NCBI GenBank assembly: GCA_024704765.1
Contig: JAKMXF010000221.1
Coordinates: 1 to 64,000 of the forward strand
Source: Oopsacas minuta
Lineage: Eukaryota > Animalia > Porifera
Direction: 5' to 3'
DNA: 64,000 nucleotides
The notes under the pieces are model-generated. The model ran no database searches and was not told the origin of the DNA. It saw only the letters and a program-made list of their open reading frames with translations. This document shows positions 49,053 to 59,980 of this stretch, one piece after another. Positions within the stretch are counted from its first letter, which is position 1. Every line of letters starts with the position of its first letter. The position numbers were made by a program, and so were the translations under genes.

Positions 49053-52000
49053 TTAATCATCTCGGAAACAAAGTTGTTCCAACTCTGTAATTTTCTGAAT
49101 ACAGCCTTCGTACTTGTCTCCTGATTCAGAGAGGAGTCTCTTTAGATCGTCAATTTGCTGGTCATATGCAGATTTCAACACTTTATACATTCTTAACTCC
49201 CGTAGAGTGTATCCGAGCTTAAGTCTGAGGAGCTCTAGTTGTTTCTTCTTAGTACGGAGTAGCTTATCGCTTGGTTTAGAATCAGAGTGAATATATTGAG
49301 GTTTCTTGAAGTAGACAATATCACTGTGATCTTGTATATCAGGAGTTGAGGTGCCTGGTAGACTATCAGTCCTTCCTTCTAAAATTGAAGTCTCTAAATC
49401 ATGATATCTCATCTTCAATTCTTTATTCTCTTGACACAGTTTGCGAATGAGATTTGGTAAAGAAACATGCTCAGAGTCTGTAGAATAGATGTCCAGTTCT
49501 TCTCCAATGTTTAACAGGTCTATCGGTATCTCTCCTTGTAGGGATATAATATCCAAGGTATACTCCTGTTTAAGTTTACCCAGTTCCTCTTCAAGGTCTC
49601 TCTTATTTCTCATAACTCTCTCAAACTGTTCCTCAGAAGTTAATGATAGTCTACTCAGTTCATGTTTGGAGCGAGACAACTCTGTTTGGATTTCTGCAAG
49701 ACTCTGAGTCAGCTGACCGTTCTTATTACTTAGATCTTCAATGAACTTTTGTAATTTAGCTCTCTCTTCTTTATTTCCTTCTAAGATACTTGGTATTTCT
49801 GTTTCAAATGTGTTTTTAAGACGGGAATTCTCCTCAGACAGAGCTATATTCTTGTGTTCTAATTGTTCAGCTCGTTGAGTTACTTCAGTCAATTTCTTAT
49901 CCTGTAAATTTTCGTATTCAGACAACATAGCCTGTTTCTTCTCTCTCAACTCATCAAGATTTCTTACTAACTCTAAAAGCATTTGTTCTTTGTCTGCTAG
50001 ATGATTGCGTTGAGTTTCTAGCTCGTCATGACACCGAATAACTTCTGTTTTGTTCTGAGTTAGTTCTAATGATAGAGCTTCAACCTCATTGGCTTGTGTA
50101 CTAGAGAGTTGTGTTAGTGTGTTGGTGTCTAGCTTCATACTGTCTGATAGCTTAGTGTTAACTCCTTCTAATCGTGTTACCTCAGTCTGTGCCTTATAGA
50201 GCTGAGCGTTTAACTGCTCCACCTGATTAGAGGAGGTTATCTGTAGATGCTGCATTCTATTATTTAACAGCTCCCAGTCTCTCTTTTGCTGAGTATTTTT
50301 CTCTTTCAACTCATCAACTTGTGTACTCAATGAATTTTCTTTATCAGAACATTGTTGTTTATGGAGAAATCGTTCTTGTTCCAATTCATGTCTCAGGGAA
50401 AGTACAATCCTCTCTCTGTCTTGTAACTCCTCGTCAAGTAACTTCCTTCCCTCCTGCTCGCTCTTGAGCTGGTTAACTAGTCGCTGAGACTTGCTTTTCT
50501 CCTCAGATAAAGCTAGAGTATTAGTATTATTCAGCTCACTAAATTCTGTTAACTTAGCTCTGTCATTATCAGACACGTTTCTAAGAGATAACAACTCTAC
50601 TCTAGTTTCTTCTAGCAGTTTATTCGTATCACAAATTTGGCTAGCTTTCTGGAGGAGAATACTGATAACTCTGTGTCTACTACTCAATACTGTGTCTACT
50701 AGCGTGATCAGCTGTGGAGTATCAGTACTATTACTAGATTGCTGTAAGGCATCCGATAATTCTGATTGATCAGTAGCTTGCTCAAAACGAGCTAGTTTAG
50801 AGAACTCTACACAGAATGCTTTGTTGTCCTGTGTGACTTTATTACATACAGATTCTAGTACTTGAACTAACATGTTTATACGATCCATCTTTTGAGCATT
50901 AGAATGAATTCTCTCAATCTTACCGTCCTCTATTTCCCCTCGTAATCTTTGTAACTCACTCTCCGCAGTTTCTGCTATACTCTCAAGAGCATTAGAGTTC
51001 TGAGTAACGTCATTATTAACCAGCTGGAGAGATACAATACAACCATGTGATTTAACCAGATCTTGTTTCAGGTTAATTATCAAACTGCGACTCTCTCTCA
51101 ATTCTCTTCTCATCTCTCTCATCTCTCCGCTGAAATAATCAGGTGTGTCTGGTTGAGGAGAGGATTCTCCTGTTAACTCAAGTTGTGACTGAAGAATATC
51201 TTCTTGTTGTCTGGGGTTCTGGTTAAGAAGAGCGAATACGTCATGTGGTAACATTTGTGATAGGGTCAATGGTTCTGATTTGTTTGTGTGTGTTGTATTG
51301 AAGTTAACCTTAGTTTGGAGTGAAGCATTATTTGCTAGAAGTTCTAGAATCTTCTCTTCACAGCATAGCTTATTTCCTTCTAGTTTCTGTAACATATTTT
51401 TCAATACGCCAGCCTCCTCAGTATACCTCTCAATACGTGACTGGTCAGCTATCAGCTGTTGGACTGTAACAGCTTGTTTCTGAATAATATTTCTAAGATT
51501 TTCAAAGGCTTGAGGATATGAATTCTCTTCTGAAACAGAACAACTGACTTGATCGAATAGAGATTCCATTTCCTGAGTTAGGCACTGATGATCAGCTTCT
51601 GAGAACTTCACAGCTAATGCCAGTTCTGATATTATCTGGCTAAGCAGTGATATCAGTGTAGATAAGGCTTGCTTGCTATCTTCCTGAGAATTAGCCTTTT
51701 CTAACGCTATAGATGCATCTACCTGCAGATTAGCTATCTCTCTCTCTAAAATCAAACATTCTTGTACCTTATTCTGTAAGCTACTCCTTAGCTGTACGTG
51801 ACTCTGTTCTAACAGGGAGTAGTCTGATTCTAATTGTCTCTTATCTGTTACACTAAGAGTAAGGTTCTCTTTTAGATTTACAAAACTTTGTTTTCTCATC
51901 TCTAACTCGTTAGTGAGATTCTGGTTAGCTTCATGAGCAGCTTCTAATGCCTCGTTTAAATCCTGTGTGTTTCCATTTTGTGTATCTCTCTCTACTCTCT

Positions 52001-54077
52001 GGAGTTCTCTGTTGAGACGAGTAATCTCTTCATCAGCTGTCTTCTTAGCTTCCATATATTGTAGAGTTTGTTGCATTTCCTGTGTTAATTTCAATTCTAC
52101 TCCTTCCTTCTCTACTTTTAATCTCTCTATTTCCCTCTTCAATGTATCCAATACATCTAACTCGACCTGCTGTCCTTGTTTCATTTCTAGCTCAGACAAT
52201 ATCTCATCTCTTCCTCTCAACTGCTGCTTGAGATCAGAATTCATAGTTTGTTGAGTGAGTAACTCTTCTTCAATATCTCCCCTTTCCTTGCGAACTGATT
52301 GCAGTTCTGATTGAATTATACGTTTTGAAGAATCCTGTTCGTTCAATTCTTGAGCCAGCTGTTTATTAGCTTGACGTAATCGATTACAATTGTCTTGCTC
52401 TTGCTCAAGTTGTGTCAGAAAATAAGACTCATTCTCTTTCAATCGTAACTTAGTAGATTGTTCTTCCTCTTGTAATTGTAGTCTTAATCTCTGTACTTCC
52501 TGTTCCGCACTTATTCTCATATTCTGCTCTTCGTTTAGTTGAGCTATTCTGTCCCTGAGTTGAGTATTGTCTAGCTTAACAGTTTCTAACTCAAGCAATG
52601 GGGCGTGACTAACGAGACTGGTAGGACTAAGGATATTCTTCTCTCGCTCTACTCTCAGTTCTTCTTCAAGATGTAATTGATAAGCTTTCAGCTGTTCGAA
52701 TTCACTGGCTAACATATCCCTAGCTCTAGTTGCCTCCTGTAGATCAGCTGACTCTTCATTAGAGGATACAGCTCTGCTTAGCTTAAAGTTCTCACTCTCT
52801 AGATCCATACACTTAATTCTCAGCTGTTCTATCTCTTTATTAAAATCAGCTGAGTCTGCGGTTAATCTGTTAGGAGATCTAACATGTTCTTGCTCTTGAA
52901 TAATATTCACGAGACGTGCTCTCTCGCGTGTACTCTCGTCTAGCGCTTCTCTCAGGGCTGTCAGCTGATGAGAGAGTCCGTCTGTGTCAGCATAAACAAG
53001 AAAGTTGTCCGGAGATACCTTGTCATCAGGAGTGCTGAGGAGAGAGGGGATAGGGGAGGGTGTATCCATAGGAGTACCATAAGACACGCTAGTGAGGTCA
53101 AGGGAGTCTGTTGAGGCCCTCAGATGATAGTAATCCCTGTTATCTTGTGAGAGTATGTGAAAAGGAGGAGAAGAGAGGGGAGGAAGCATAGGGTGATGAA
53201 TAGGAGACCCTATAGTCCATTGAGATTGATTTGAAATAGTGTGTAGCTCGTACAAGTTGTCACTCAAAGGAGGAGGCATTGAATGGCCAGATATAGGTAA
53301 GAAATGAGTATCTATTTCAGGAGGATATTGTCTTAACTCCTCTAGACCGTATTGAGCATGGCGTGATAGGTCAGGGGATAATCGAGAGAAGGCTGAAGGG
53401 GGAGAGGTAGGTATCTTAGGGTAAGAAGGAGGATGAGGGATAAGGGTAACATCAGGGGAGTAGAGAGGATCAGTTTCAACAGGATAGACTATTAGATCAG
53501 CTGATAATGGTGATGAGTGTGTATGATGATCAGAATCTGGGTTATATGATTGATAGTCAATAGGTGCAGGATCTTGTATAACTTCTCTTTTATCAGCTTC
53601 ACTAATAATTTCGTGAATAGAACTCTGATTTTGATGAGGTTGAGACTCGAAGATATGAGGGGGTGGAGACACAGGTGTACTACAGTCAGGGGCAGGAGAA
53701 TTATCTTGAGGAGATATAGATGGCTCTACCTCCGCCTCTTGAGTATGTTGTGAGTGTGGAATATCTACAGAGTTCATAGGAGATAGAGCATCCAACTCAC
53801 TATCATCATCGTGGAAATGCGAGGGCGTGGAGATATCACGAATATCAGTGTGTTCTAATTGGAGATGAGGTACATGGTTGCTCGTAGGAGGAGATGTCGC
53901 CAGGGTATCTGGATATACGGGTAGGTTAGATTTGCTCGGTAGTTGAGTTGTGGATTTTCTCGGAGATATAGGGAGTGGAATCTTAGTTCTCTGATTAGGG
54001 TTGGGAGAGGAGATGCACCCAGAGCTGGCAGGCACTCCCACACTCGAATTCCTATCGAACCGAGGGATCTTACTCAT
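49053..54077 (-). CDS. 1674-aa intronless coiled-coil protein with a Pro/Ser-rich N-terminus and SxIP-like motifs
   Basis: Uninterrupted ORF. About 370 aa of disordered N-terminus (SKIP, TKIP, SNLP), then over 1200 aa of heptad-rich helix. No family recognised. Confidence 0.85.
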   Translation of the reverse strand: MSKIPRFDRNSSVGVPASSGCISSPNPNQRTKIPLPISPRKSTTQLPSKSNLPVYPDTLATSPPTSNHVPHLQLEHTDIRDISTPSHFHDDDSELDALSPMNSVDIPHSQHTQEAEVEPSISPQDNSPAPDCSTPVSPPPHIFESQPHQNQSSIHEIISEADKREVIQDPAPIDYQSYNPDSDHHTHSSPLSADLIVYPVETDPLYSPDVTLIPHPPSYPKIPTSPPSAFSRLSPDLSRHAQYGLEELRQYPPEIDTHFLPISGHSMPPPLSDNLYELHTISNQSQWTIGSPIHHPMLPPLSSPPFHILSQDNRDYYHLRASTDSLDLTSVSYGTPMDTPSPIPSLLSTPDDKVSPDNFLVYADTDGLSHQLTALREALDESTRERARLVNIIQEQEHVRSPNRLTADSADFNKEIEQLRIKCMDLESENFKLSRAVSSNEESADLQEATRARDMLASEFEQLKAYQLHLEEELRVEREKNILSPTSLVSHAPLLELETVKLDNTQLRDRIAQLNEEQNMRISAEQEVQRLRLQLQEEEQSTKLRLKENESYFLTQLEQEQDNCNRLRQANKQLAQELNEQDSSKRIIQSELQSVRKERGDIEEELLTQQTMNSDLKQQLRGRDEILSELEMKQGQQVELDVLDTLKREIERLKVEKEGVELKLTQEMQQTLQYMEAKKTADEEITRLNRELQRVERDTQNGNTQDLNEALEAAHEANQNLTNELEMRKQSFVNLKENLTLSVTDKRQLESDYSLLEQSHVQLRSSLQNKVQECLILEREIANLQVDASIALEKANSQEDSKQALSTLISLLSQIISELALAVKFSEADHQCLTQEMESLFDQVSCSVSEENSYPQAFENLRNIIQKQAVTVQQLIADQSRIERYTEEAGVLKNMLQKLEGNKLCCEEKILELLANNASLQTKVNFNTTHTNKSEPLTLSQMLPHDVFALLNQNPRQQEDILQSQLELTGESSPQPDTPDYFSGEMREMRRELRESRSLIINLKQDLVKSHGCIVSLQLVNNDVTQNSNALESIAETAESELQRLRGEIEDGKIERIHSNAQKMDRINMLVQVLESVCNKVTQDNKAFCVEFSKLARFEQATDQSELSDALQQSSNSTDTPQLITLVDTVLSSRHRVISILLQKASQICDTNKLLEETRVELLSLRNVSDNDRAKLTEFSELNNTNTLALSEEKSKSQRLVNQLKSEQEGRKLLDEELQDRERIVLSLRHELEQERFLHKQQCSDKENSLSTQVDELKEKNTQQKRDWELLNNRMQHLQITSSNQVEQLNAQLYKAQTEVTRLEGVNTKLSDSMKLDTNTLTQLSSTQANEVEALSLELTQNKTEVIRCHDELETQRNHLADKEQMLLELVRNLDELREKKQAMLSEYENLQDKKLTEVTQRAEQLEHKNIALSEENSRLKNTFETEIPSILEGNKEERAKLQKFIEDLSNKNGQLTQSLAEIQTELSRSKHELSRLSLTSEEQFERVMRNKRDLEEELGKLKQEYTLDIISLQGEIPIDLLNIGEELDIYSTDSEHVSLPNLIRKLCQENKELKMRYHDLETSILEGRTDSLPGTSTPDIQDHSDIVYFKKPQYIHSDSKPSDKLLRTKKKQLELLRLKLGYTLRELRMYKVLKSAYDQQIDDLKRLLSESGDKYEGCIQKITELEQLCFRDD

Positions 54078-54085
54078 CCTACTTT

Positions 54086-54100
54086 CTGAAAAAATTAACG
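54086..54100 (-). promoter_or_regulatory. Unpaired 3' splice-acceptor-like site 8 nt before the ATG (candidate trans-splice acceptor)
   Basis: Minus strand reads cgttaattttttcag|aaagtaggATG. Similar sites precede most genes in the window. Confidence 0.5.
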
Positions 54101-55430
54101 AAATTATATTGTGTAAATGTTATGTATAACTACTATAGAACAGGTATACTCTCATTTATCCAGATAATAATGAAACTGTAAATATGATAGATAAACAGAG
54201 AAACCACCGAATAGTGGTCAAATACAAGTACATAGTATTACACACATGTAATCATACTGTACTACACGTGTAGACTATCCACACAACCTTTATATCACTT
54301 CCTGAGTGATACGTAAAGGGAAATTAACATTTTATATCTAATTAGAATAAAATATTGCTGGGATTGGATTTCCATCTAGAAGAATCTGTTGGCAACACGA
54401 AAAACACCTGGAAACTGGGAAACATTCAAAGGAGTGTTTGTTATGAATCTTAGTACAAACTCATAAATCATGTGTCCAGAATACAAGTGTAGTAAGAACT
54501 CATATCTATACGTATATTCTGGCAGCATTTAGTTTGATGATTATCATTCTACAGATTATTGAACACTGAAATCTAGACGCATATATGAATTATTCTCTAT
54601 AACTTTTGACTAATGAAAAAGTTAATTTAGATAAGATGGACACAATGAAAGTTAATGGACTTTGTATGATACACGAGAAGCAAACTGCAATCGTAGCCAT
54701 ACTAATTGCTCAATTGGTATCCAGTGATGTACATATAATACGTATGTATGGTTGGAATTTGATCCTCCAGATCGATCCAATGAGCAACCAAACCAACCGA
54801 ATTGCCATGAAAAGAGGATATTCAATATTAATTAGCACTCAAATGTAATTTACGTATATCTATTCCCTATCATAGTAATACATACCACATGGTTAAATTC
54901 TATGAAACAATTCTTTTATTACTATCGTAAGTTTTATATAATCTGGCTTGAAGCCTGTATGAATAACACAGAGCTGAATCCTTCTCAAAGATAAGATGCT
55001 CGCGTGAAAATACTGATAGATTCTAACATGATAATTACCAGCAACCGAAGTTATAAATTACTCAATGTAATAGTCAAAAATTCTGTACAATATCTATCTA
55101 TTAAACGCAATTTAGAAACTGGAATACACTCAGAGCTGATTTTCGGCAGACAGAGGTATTTGAGTGTTCCCCAAAAAGTTTAAGTTTTAAAAGAAAATTC
55201 AGTCGCTTACACATTTCGTCGAGGCAGATAGAGTAGACATTAGGGATGCAATGAATAAGAAATTATTACAATACTTACAAGTATATGTGAATGTAAACAA
55301 GTTTGCAAATGTTCAGGAAAGGCAAAAATCAAATGCTTTAGAATTATATTAATAAATTAACAGGCCATGTGTGTTAGTAAAAAATCCTAGTATATAACTA
55401 GATACATTGAATTGGCTATAATTGCTTATA

Positions 55431-56549
55431 TTACATTTTCATTCCAGAGAACCAGGCTCCCATGTCGAAAGGGTCTGTGAGAGCATCGCAGAGGAATGGG
55501 TGCTTGAGCAGGGCCTCATAACTTGGACGAGAGTCGCAATCGAGACTGAGACAGGATTTAACAACTTCTCCGAATTCAGGGGAGCGGTCAGAGGGAGGAT
55601 TGGGAGGTGGACTTTTGGTTATGGCTATGATGATTTCGAAAATAGACATTTTATCTCTCTTCATGTATGGCTGTACCCCTGTGGCTAATTCGTACATAGT
55701 CACTCCAAAAGCCCACAGGTCAGATACGTATGTATACTGCCCAGTACTGATGATTCGTTCTGGAGCTAGATAAGCAGTCGTGCCGACTTTGGTATTAGCA
55801 TGATTCTCAACAAGGTAACCTGCTATACCCATATCACAGAGCTTTATCTCTCCTTTAGTGTTGATAAGAATGTTAGAAGGTTTAATGTCACGGTGCATGT
55901 AATTTATCTTCAGTAAGAAGTCTAGGGCTGAAATCACGCTAAATGCGATTTTCTTGAGAGCTCCTTCTGAGAATGTTTCTTTGTTTGTGTAGACTACTTT
56001 TAGGACTTTGTCCAGTGACGAGTCCATCAACTCTTCTCCAAGATATATCTGTCCTTCATGCAAGAATGTTCCGTAGAAGTTTATAATGTAGGGACAGGAT
56101 TGAGTCTGCCTGAGAACTTTAGCGTCTTCTAGAGCAGAAGAAGTAGTCTGGTGAGGATGGTCAACTGATAGTTGCATCTTTTTGATAGCGATTATATGCC
56201 CTGTAGATATGCTACGCATTTTGTACACTGTAGCAAACTGTCCTTGTCCTATAACATCTAATTGCTCTAGATCTTCATAGGATACTTTGGCATATTGAGA
56301 CTTACCAAACATAAAGTTACCTTCTATGTCGATCTCATCGATGTTTGGCGTAGGTTTTGGGTCTGTGGATGTACTAGAAAGTATTTTTAGAGGCGGCATG
56401 GGTTCTCGTTTTTTTCTCGGGGGCTTGTCTGTATTTGTAGAACTGGTTTGCATTGGAGAGACCGGAGACTCTTCAACTGAAAGAACAGGATCTGCCTTTG
56501 CAACTTCTGGCTGTTCTGAAATATCTTTTGGTTTGTTTGTGTCTACCAT
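55431..56549 (-). CDS. MAP kinase kinase (STE7 family), atypical, intronless
   Basis: D-site-like RKKREPMPPLKI, IGQGQFATV, IAIKKM, CPYIINFYG, ELMDSSLDK, HRDIKPSNIL, KLCDMGIAGYLV, YLAPERI, SDLWAFG. Confidence 0.9.
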   Translation of the reverse strand: MVDTNKPKDISEQPEVAKADPVLSVEESPVSPMQTSSTNTDKPPRKKREPMPPLKILSSTSTDPKPTPNIDEIDIEGNFMFGKSQYAKVSYEDLEQLDVIGQGQFATVYKMRSISTGHIIAIKKMQLSVDHPHQTTSSALEDAKVLRQTQSCPYIINFYGTFLHEGQIYLGEELMDSSLDKVLKVVYTNKETFSEGALKKIAFSVISALDFLLKINYMHRDIKPSNILINTKGEIKLCDMGIAGYLVENHANTKVGTTAYLAPERIISTGQYTYVSDLWAFGVTMYELATGVQPYMKRDKMSIFEIIIAITKSPPPNPPSDRSPEFGEVVKSCLSLDCDSRPSYEALLKHPFLCDALTDPFDMGAWFSGMKM

Positions 56550-57507
56550 TTGTACTTTTTCTATTGCTGTTGATGCTGATAAGAGGTTTACAAACTTGTT
56601 GCTTAGTTACTCTTCCTACAAGCTTATATACTAAATGCTAGTGTGGTGCTCTGATAGAATAAAATTGATTAACCGATAGACTATGGATATTTAGAATTAT
56701 ATAGCTATATATGACACATTCAAATTCGTGCAAATTGCCGTGAATATCTAAAATAAATCTGAGCAACAAAATCATTAAATCCTTTGAATTAGGGATAGCA
56801 GTTTAGTTATAGTTTTCTCATAAAACATTATCATAAATTATATGCTTCGGCTGGAAATTTACAAAATTATTGAATTTATTATATAATTGCAAATCAAGCT
56901 TTGGTGTTTCATAGAAATAATTATTTCCGAAATAAAATCTAGGATGAATGTTAAACATCTTAAGAGATGAATATGTAGTTCCTATTCGGCAGCAATTTGT
57001 TTGTTTATTATCTAAAAAACAGTATGAATTCATTTGTTTATATATTCCTACAAAAATTCGAACAATAAGTGTTAAATATATATAATAAAATATGATAAAA
57101 GAGAGCAGAGCAAAAGCTGTAGCGAATAACTAAGGTATTAGATAATATTAACCACTACTAAAACTAGGAACATTGATACAGTAGTAGATCTCTGGTGATG
57201 TTTCGATTATCAGGTAATAGGTATGTCACTACTTGCATAGAAACAGAAAGGTTCAGTGGAATCACGAGTGAGCGTGATGATCACTCTATATAATTGATAT
57301 TAGCAATTTAATCTACTTGCTACAAGCAGAATCAAATCCGAGCCACAATATATTTGGTCAAATATCTCCTTTTAAAGTAATAATTTAGTTCAGATAATTC
57401 TCAAGTGTTTACAGTATCATTAGAGAGAATAATGAGGCAACATGATGTCTCATTAAAACCTGAATGGATCTCATGCGCTGTGGGATAAAGATAAGATACG
57501 ATATACG

Positions 57508-57691
57508 CAGGGTTTCATCCAGATTTTCTGAACCATACGCCTAAAATCTTAGCCTTCATATTTACGCGCGCCTAGAGTATACATTTAGTATTACGGTATG
57601 GGGTCTTCCGCTAATTTTGGCGCGCCTAGGTCTATTTTTGCTGAAATTTATGCGCCTGTAGCCGCGTCGCATATACCTGGATGAAACCCTG
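57508..57691. mobile_element. hAT-superfamily MITE, 184 bp
   Basis: Perfect 15-bp TIR cagggtttcatccag / ctggatgaaaccctg and a perfect 8-bp TSD gatatacg (57500-07, 57692-99). Confidence 0.95.
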
Positions 57692-58523
57692 GATATACGT
57701 AACTACGGTCAATGCAATTTCGGATTGTTTTGTATACAAGAAAACGGAGGACAATTAGTTTGAGTTAGAGTATAATTAATTGTGTATAGAGAACCTGACA
57801 TCAGCAGAATATGTAACAAAGCAAAGTATGGTACAACCCAACATATTTCCAAAGTGGGCTGTATTAGTAAAGATTTAAAAGAAAGACAGAGCTGATGAGA
57901 AGACTAACGCTTTCGTCATAATATAATTAATTCAAAAGAGTAAAATATGGATCTGTGTTCTGATCTGATTGGATAACAAGTGTATTATGCCGATTAAACA
58001 GTGCACGAGCGAATACAAATCATAATCAAAGTTTAGAAATTAAGGTATATCTATCGTATATGCCCAATAAGCCAGTGAGCATGGGACGAAAGTAATATTG
58101 AAGGAGATAATATAATAATTGTGTAATTATATGTTACAACAATTACTGGAAATTATTATCTTACTAAAAGAAATATCAGTGATATAATCTGTAATTAATT
58201 AGTAATTCGAGAAAATTCTCGAGATTCGGATAACTTATTGGTGTGGTTGAACAAAGAATGGAAAGTTCAAAAAAGAGATCACACTCTTCGACAAATGAAC
58301 ATACTTTACAATCACATTGCATAATTCAGGGAACCGGGGTGCATAATAATAACAATGATGTATTGCGTAGCAAGCGGTTAAAAATAAATCCATATAATAT
58401 GATGAATCACGACATTTCCAGCTCGGAATACTAAGAACTGTTTACTTCAGGAATTATGCAACATCAATTATGTCACCACCTAGGGCTTAAGAACCCTCTC
58501 ATAAAGTAAACTAAATAACTCAC

Positions 58524-59258
58524 GTAATAAGAACTGGTGTTTAGGTATTCTAACTTGTGGTATTTCAACATCAACTAAAGGGAATATAGACAATAAGAGA
58601 TGTGTTAATTGATTAACCATACAATCTACTGACCTTCTAATTTGAGAGTGTTGAGGTTCATTTGAGAAGGGGGAAATGCTTCCAGCCAACTAGTCAGCTT
58701 TTTATAATTTTGATTAGATTTTATTACAGTTGAAAGTGAAGGCATAAAATAAGATTTTCTTTTTGCAAGTATTTGAAAGTCATTAAGAGTGAAGTGTTCT
58801 TTTGATGTAGGAGGAGGGGAAGAGAACAGCTGTGCATAGATAGAAGCTTGATTGTTGAAAACCTTTTTATTTGTAGGAAAGAATGGGGCGGGACCTTTAG
58901 GTACTAAAGAGTGAAGGATAGTTCCAACTTCTCGATGAGCTGAGCGGGATTTGGTAGGACTGTTGGTAGGAGGCTTGGGAAATGCGGTAGATTCCAGCTG
59001 GTTAATCATAGAGCTTTCTTGAATTGTGAGTGTGTTACCATTCTGTGACCCATTGTGTATACTCCTGATAATATTGTTGTTAGAGGTGATAGAGGCGGGT
59101 ATAGCAGTAGATGCATGGGAATGAGGAGATTCTATATTACTACGATTTGATGATTTCGTGGTGGTCCGAATACTCATACGTTCTGGTTTTGGAGTTTGTT
59201 TCTTTGGTCTTCTCAATAATGGAACAGTTAGTATCGTTTGCTCACTTACAGATTCCAT
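58524..59258 (-). CDS. Ser/Pro/Asn-rich coding exon(s), candidate 5' part of the LRRC63-like gene
   Basis: ORF MESVSEQTILTVPLLRRPKKQ... A 38-nt GT-AG intron candidate shifts into LAGSISPF..PKHQFLL, ending at a phase-1 C|GTGAGT donor that is compatible with the acceptor at 48801. Confidence 0.55.
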
Positions 59259-59942
59259 ATCTAGTAACTACAGCTTAATTAATTGTTAAACTCACCAACT
59301 ATCCGTGATTCTGTTAAGTATATAAGCAATGTTAGTTGTATGGGGCTGCTGAGCAGCTCCACTTTCCATTACAATGCCAACACGGCCCTACTCATTGGAC
59401 AAGATTATCATATGTGGGCAACGAATTTAATCAGAACGAATCTATACAATTATGAGCCCAATCTACATGATGGAACGCATCAGTGTAGCATCACTATGAA
59501 TTATGTCATTAATGCCAACAGTTAAGCTACTTTAAATATTGTAATTTATCACCAGCATGTAACATGGTCACTGATAGATAGATTGCTATTGTCTGATTCA
59601 TGCATAACAATAATATGCGAGGAGCAGTTTTCAAATATAATGACTAATCTAAGCGAATAAAAGCATTTCTCGGTAAACTAGTCGTGTATTGAAGTGATTC
59701 GTGATTAGATAATTCACGAGGAAAGTTCTTACCGATTCTATATTGTTGTTACCAATTAAGGAATCTTCATTTCTTCTGTAAATAATAGAAACATGTAGTA
59801 TATATGCAGGAGAAGAAGTATTTAAATATCTATGAAGTAATACAAGCCATTCAATTATATTGAACTAGCTGCTTACATACTCTGTGTCTTTCATTAGCTG
59901 TGAAATCTTTTAGGTTAAATGTGGTTATTATTTCAAAAATTG

Positions 59943-59980
59943 AGGGCTGACCAAACGTTACGTAACGTTTGAACGGCCCT
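59943..59980. repeat. 38-bp imperfect palindrome, probably a collapsed MITE (fused TIRs)
   Basis: agggctgaccaaacgttac|gtaacgtttgaacggccct, arms 16/19 complementary. Related to the TIRs of the 9186-9320 element. Confidence 0.65.
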
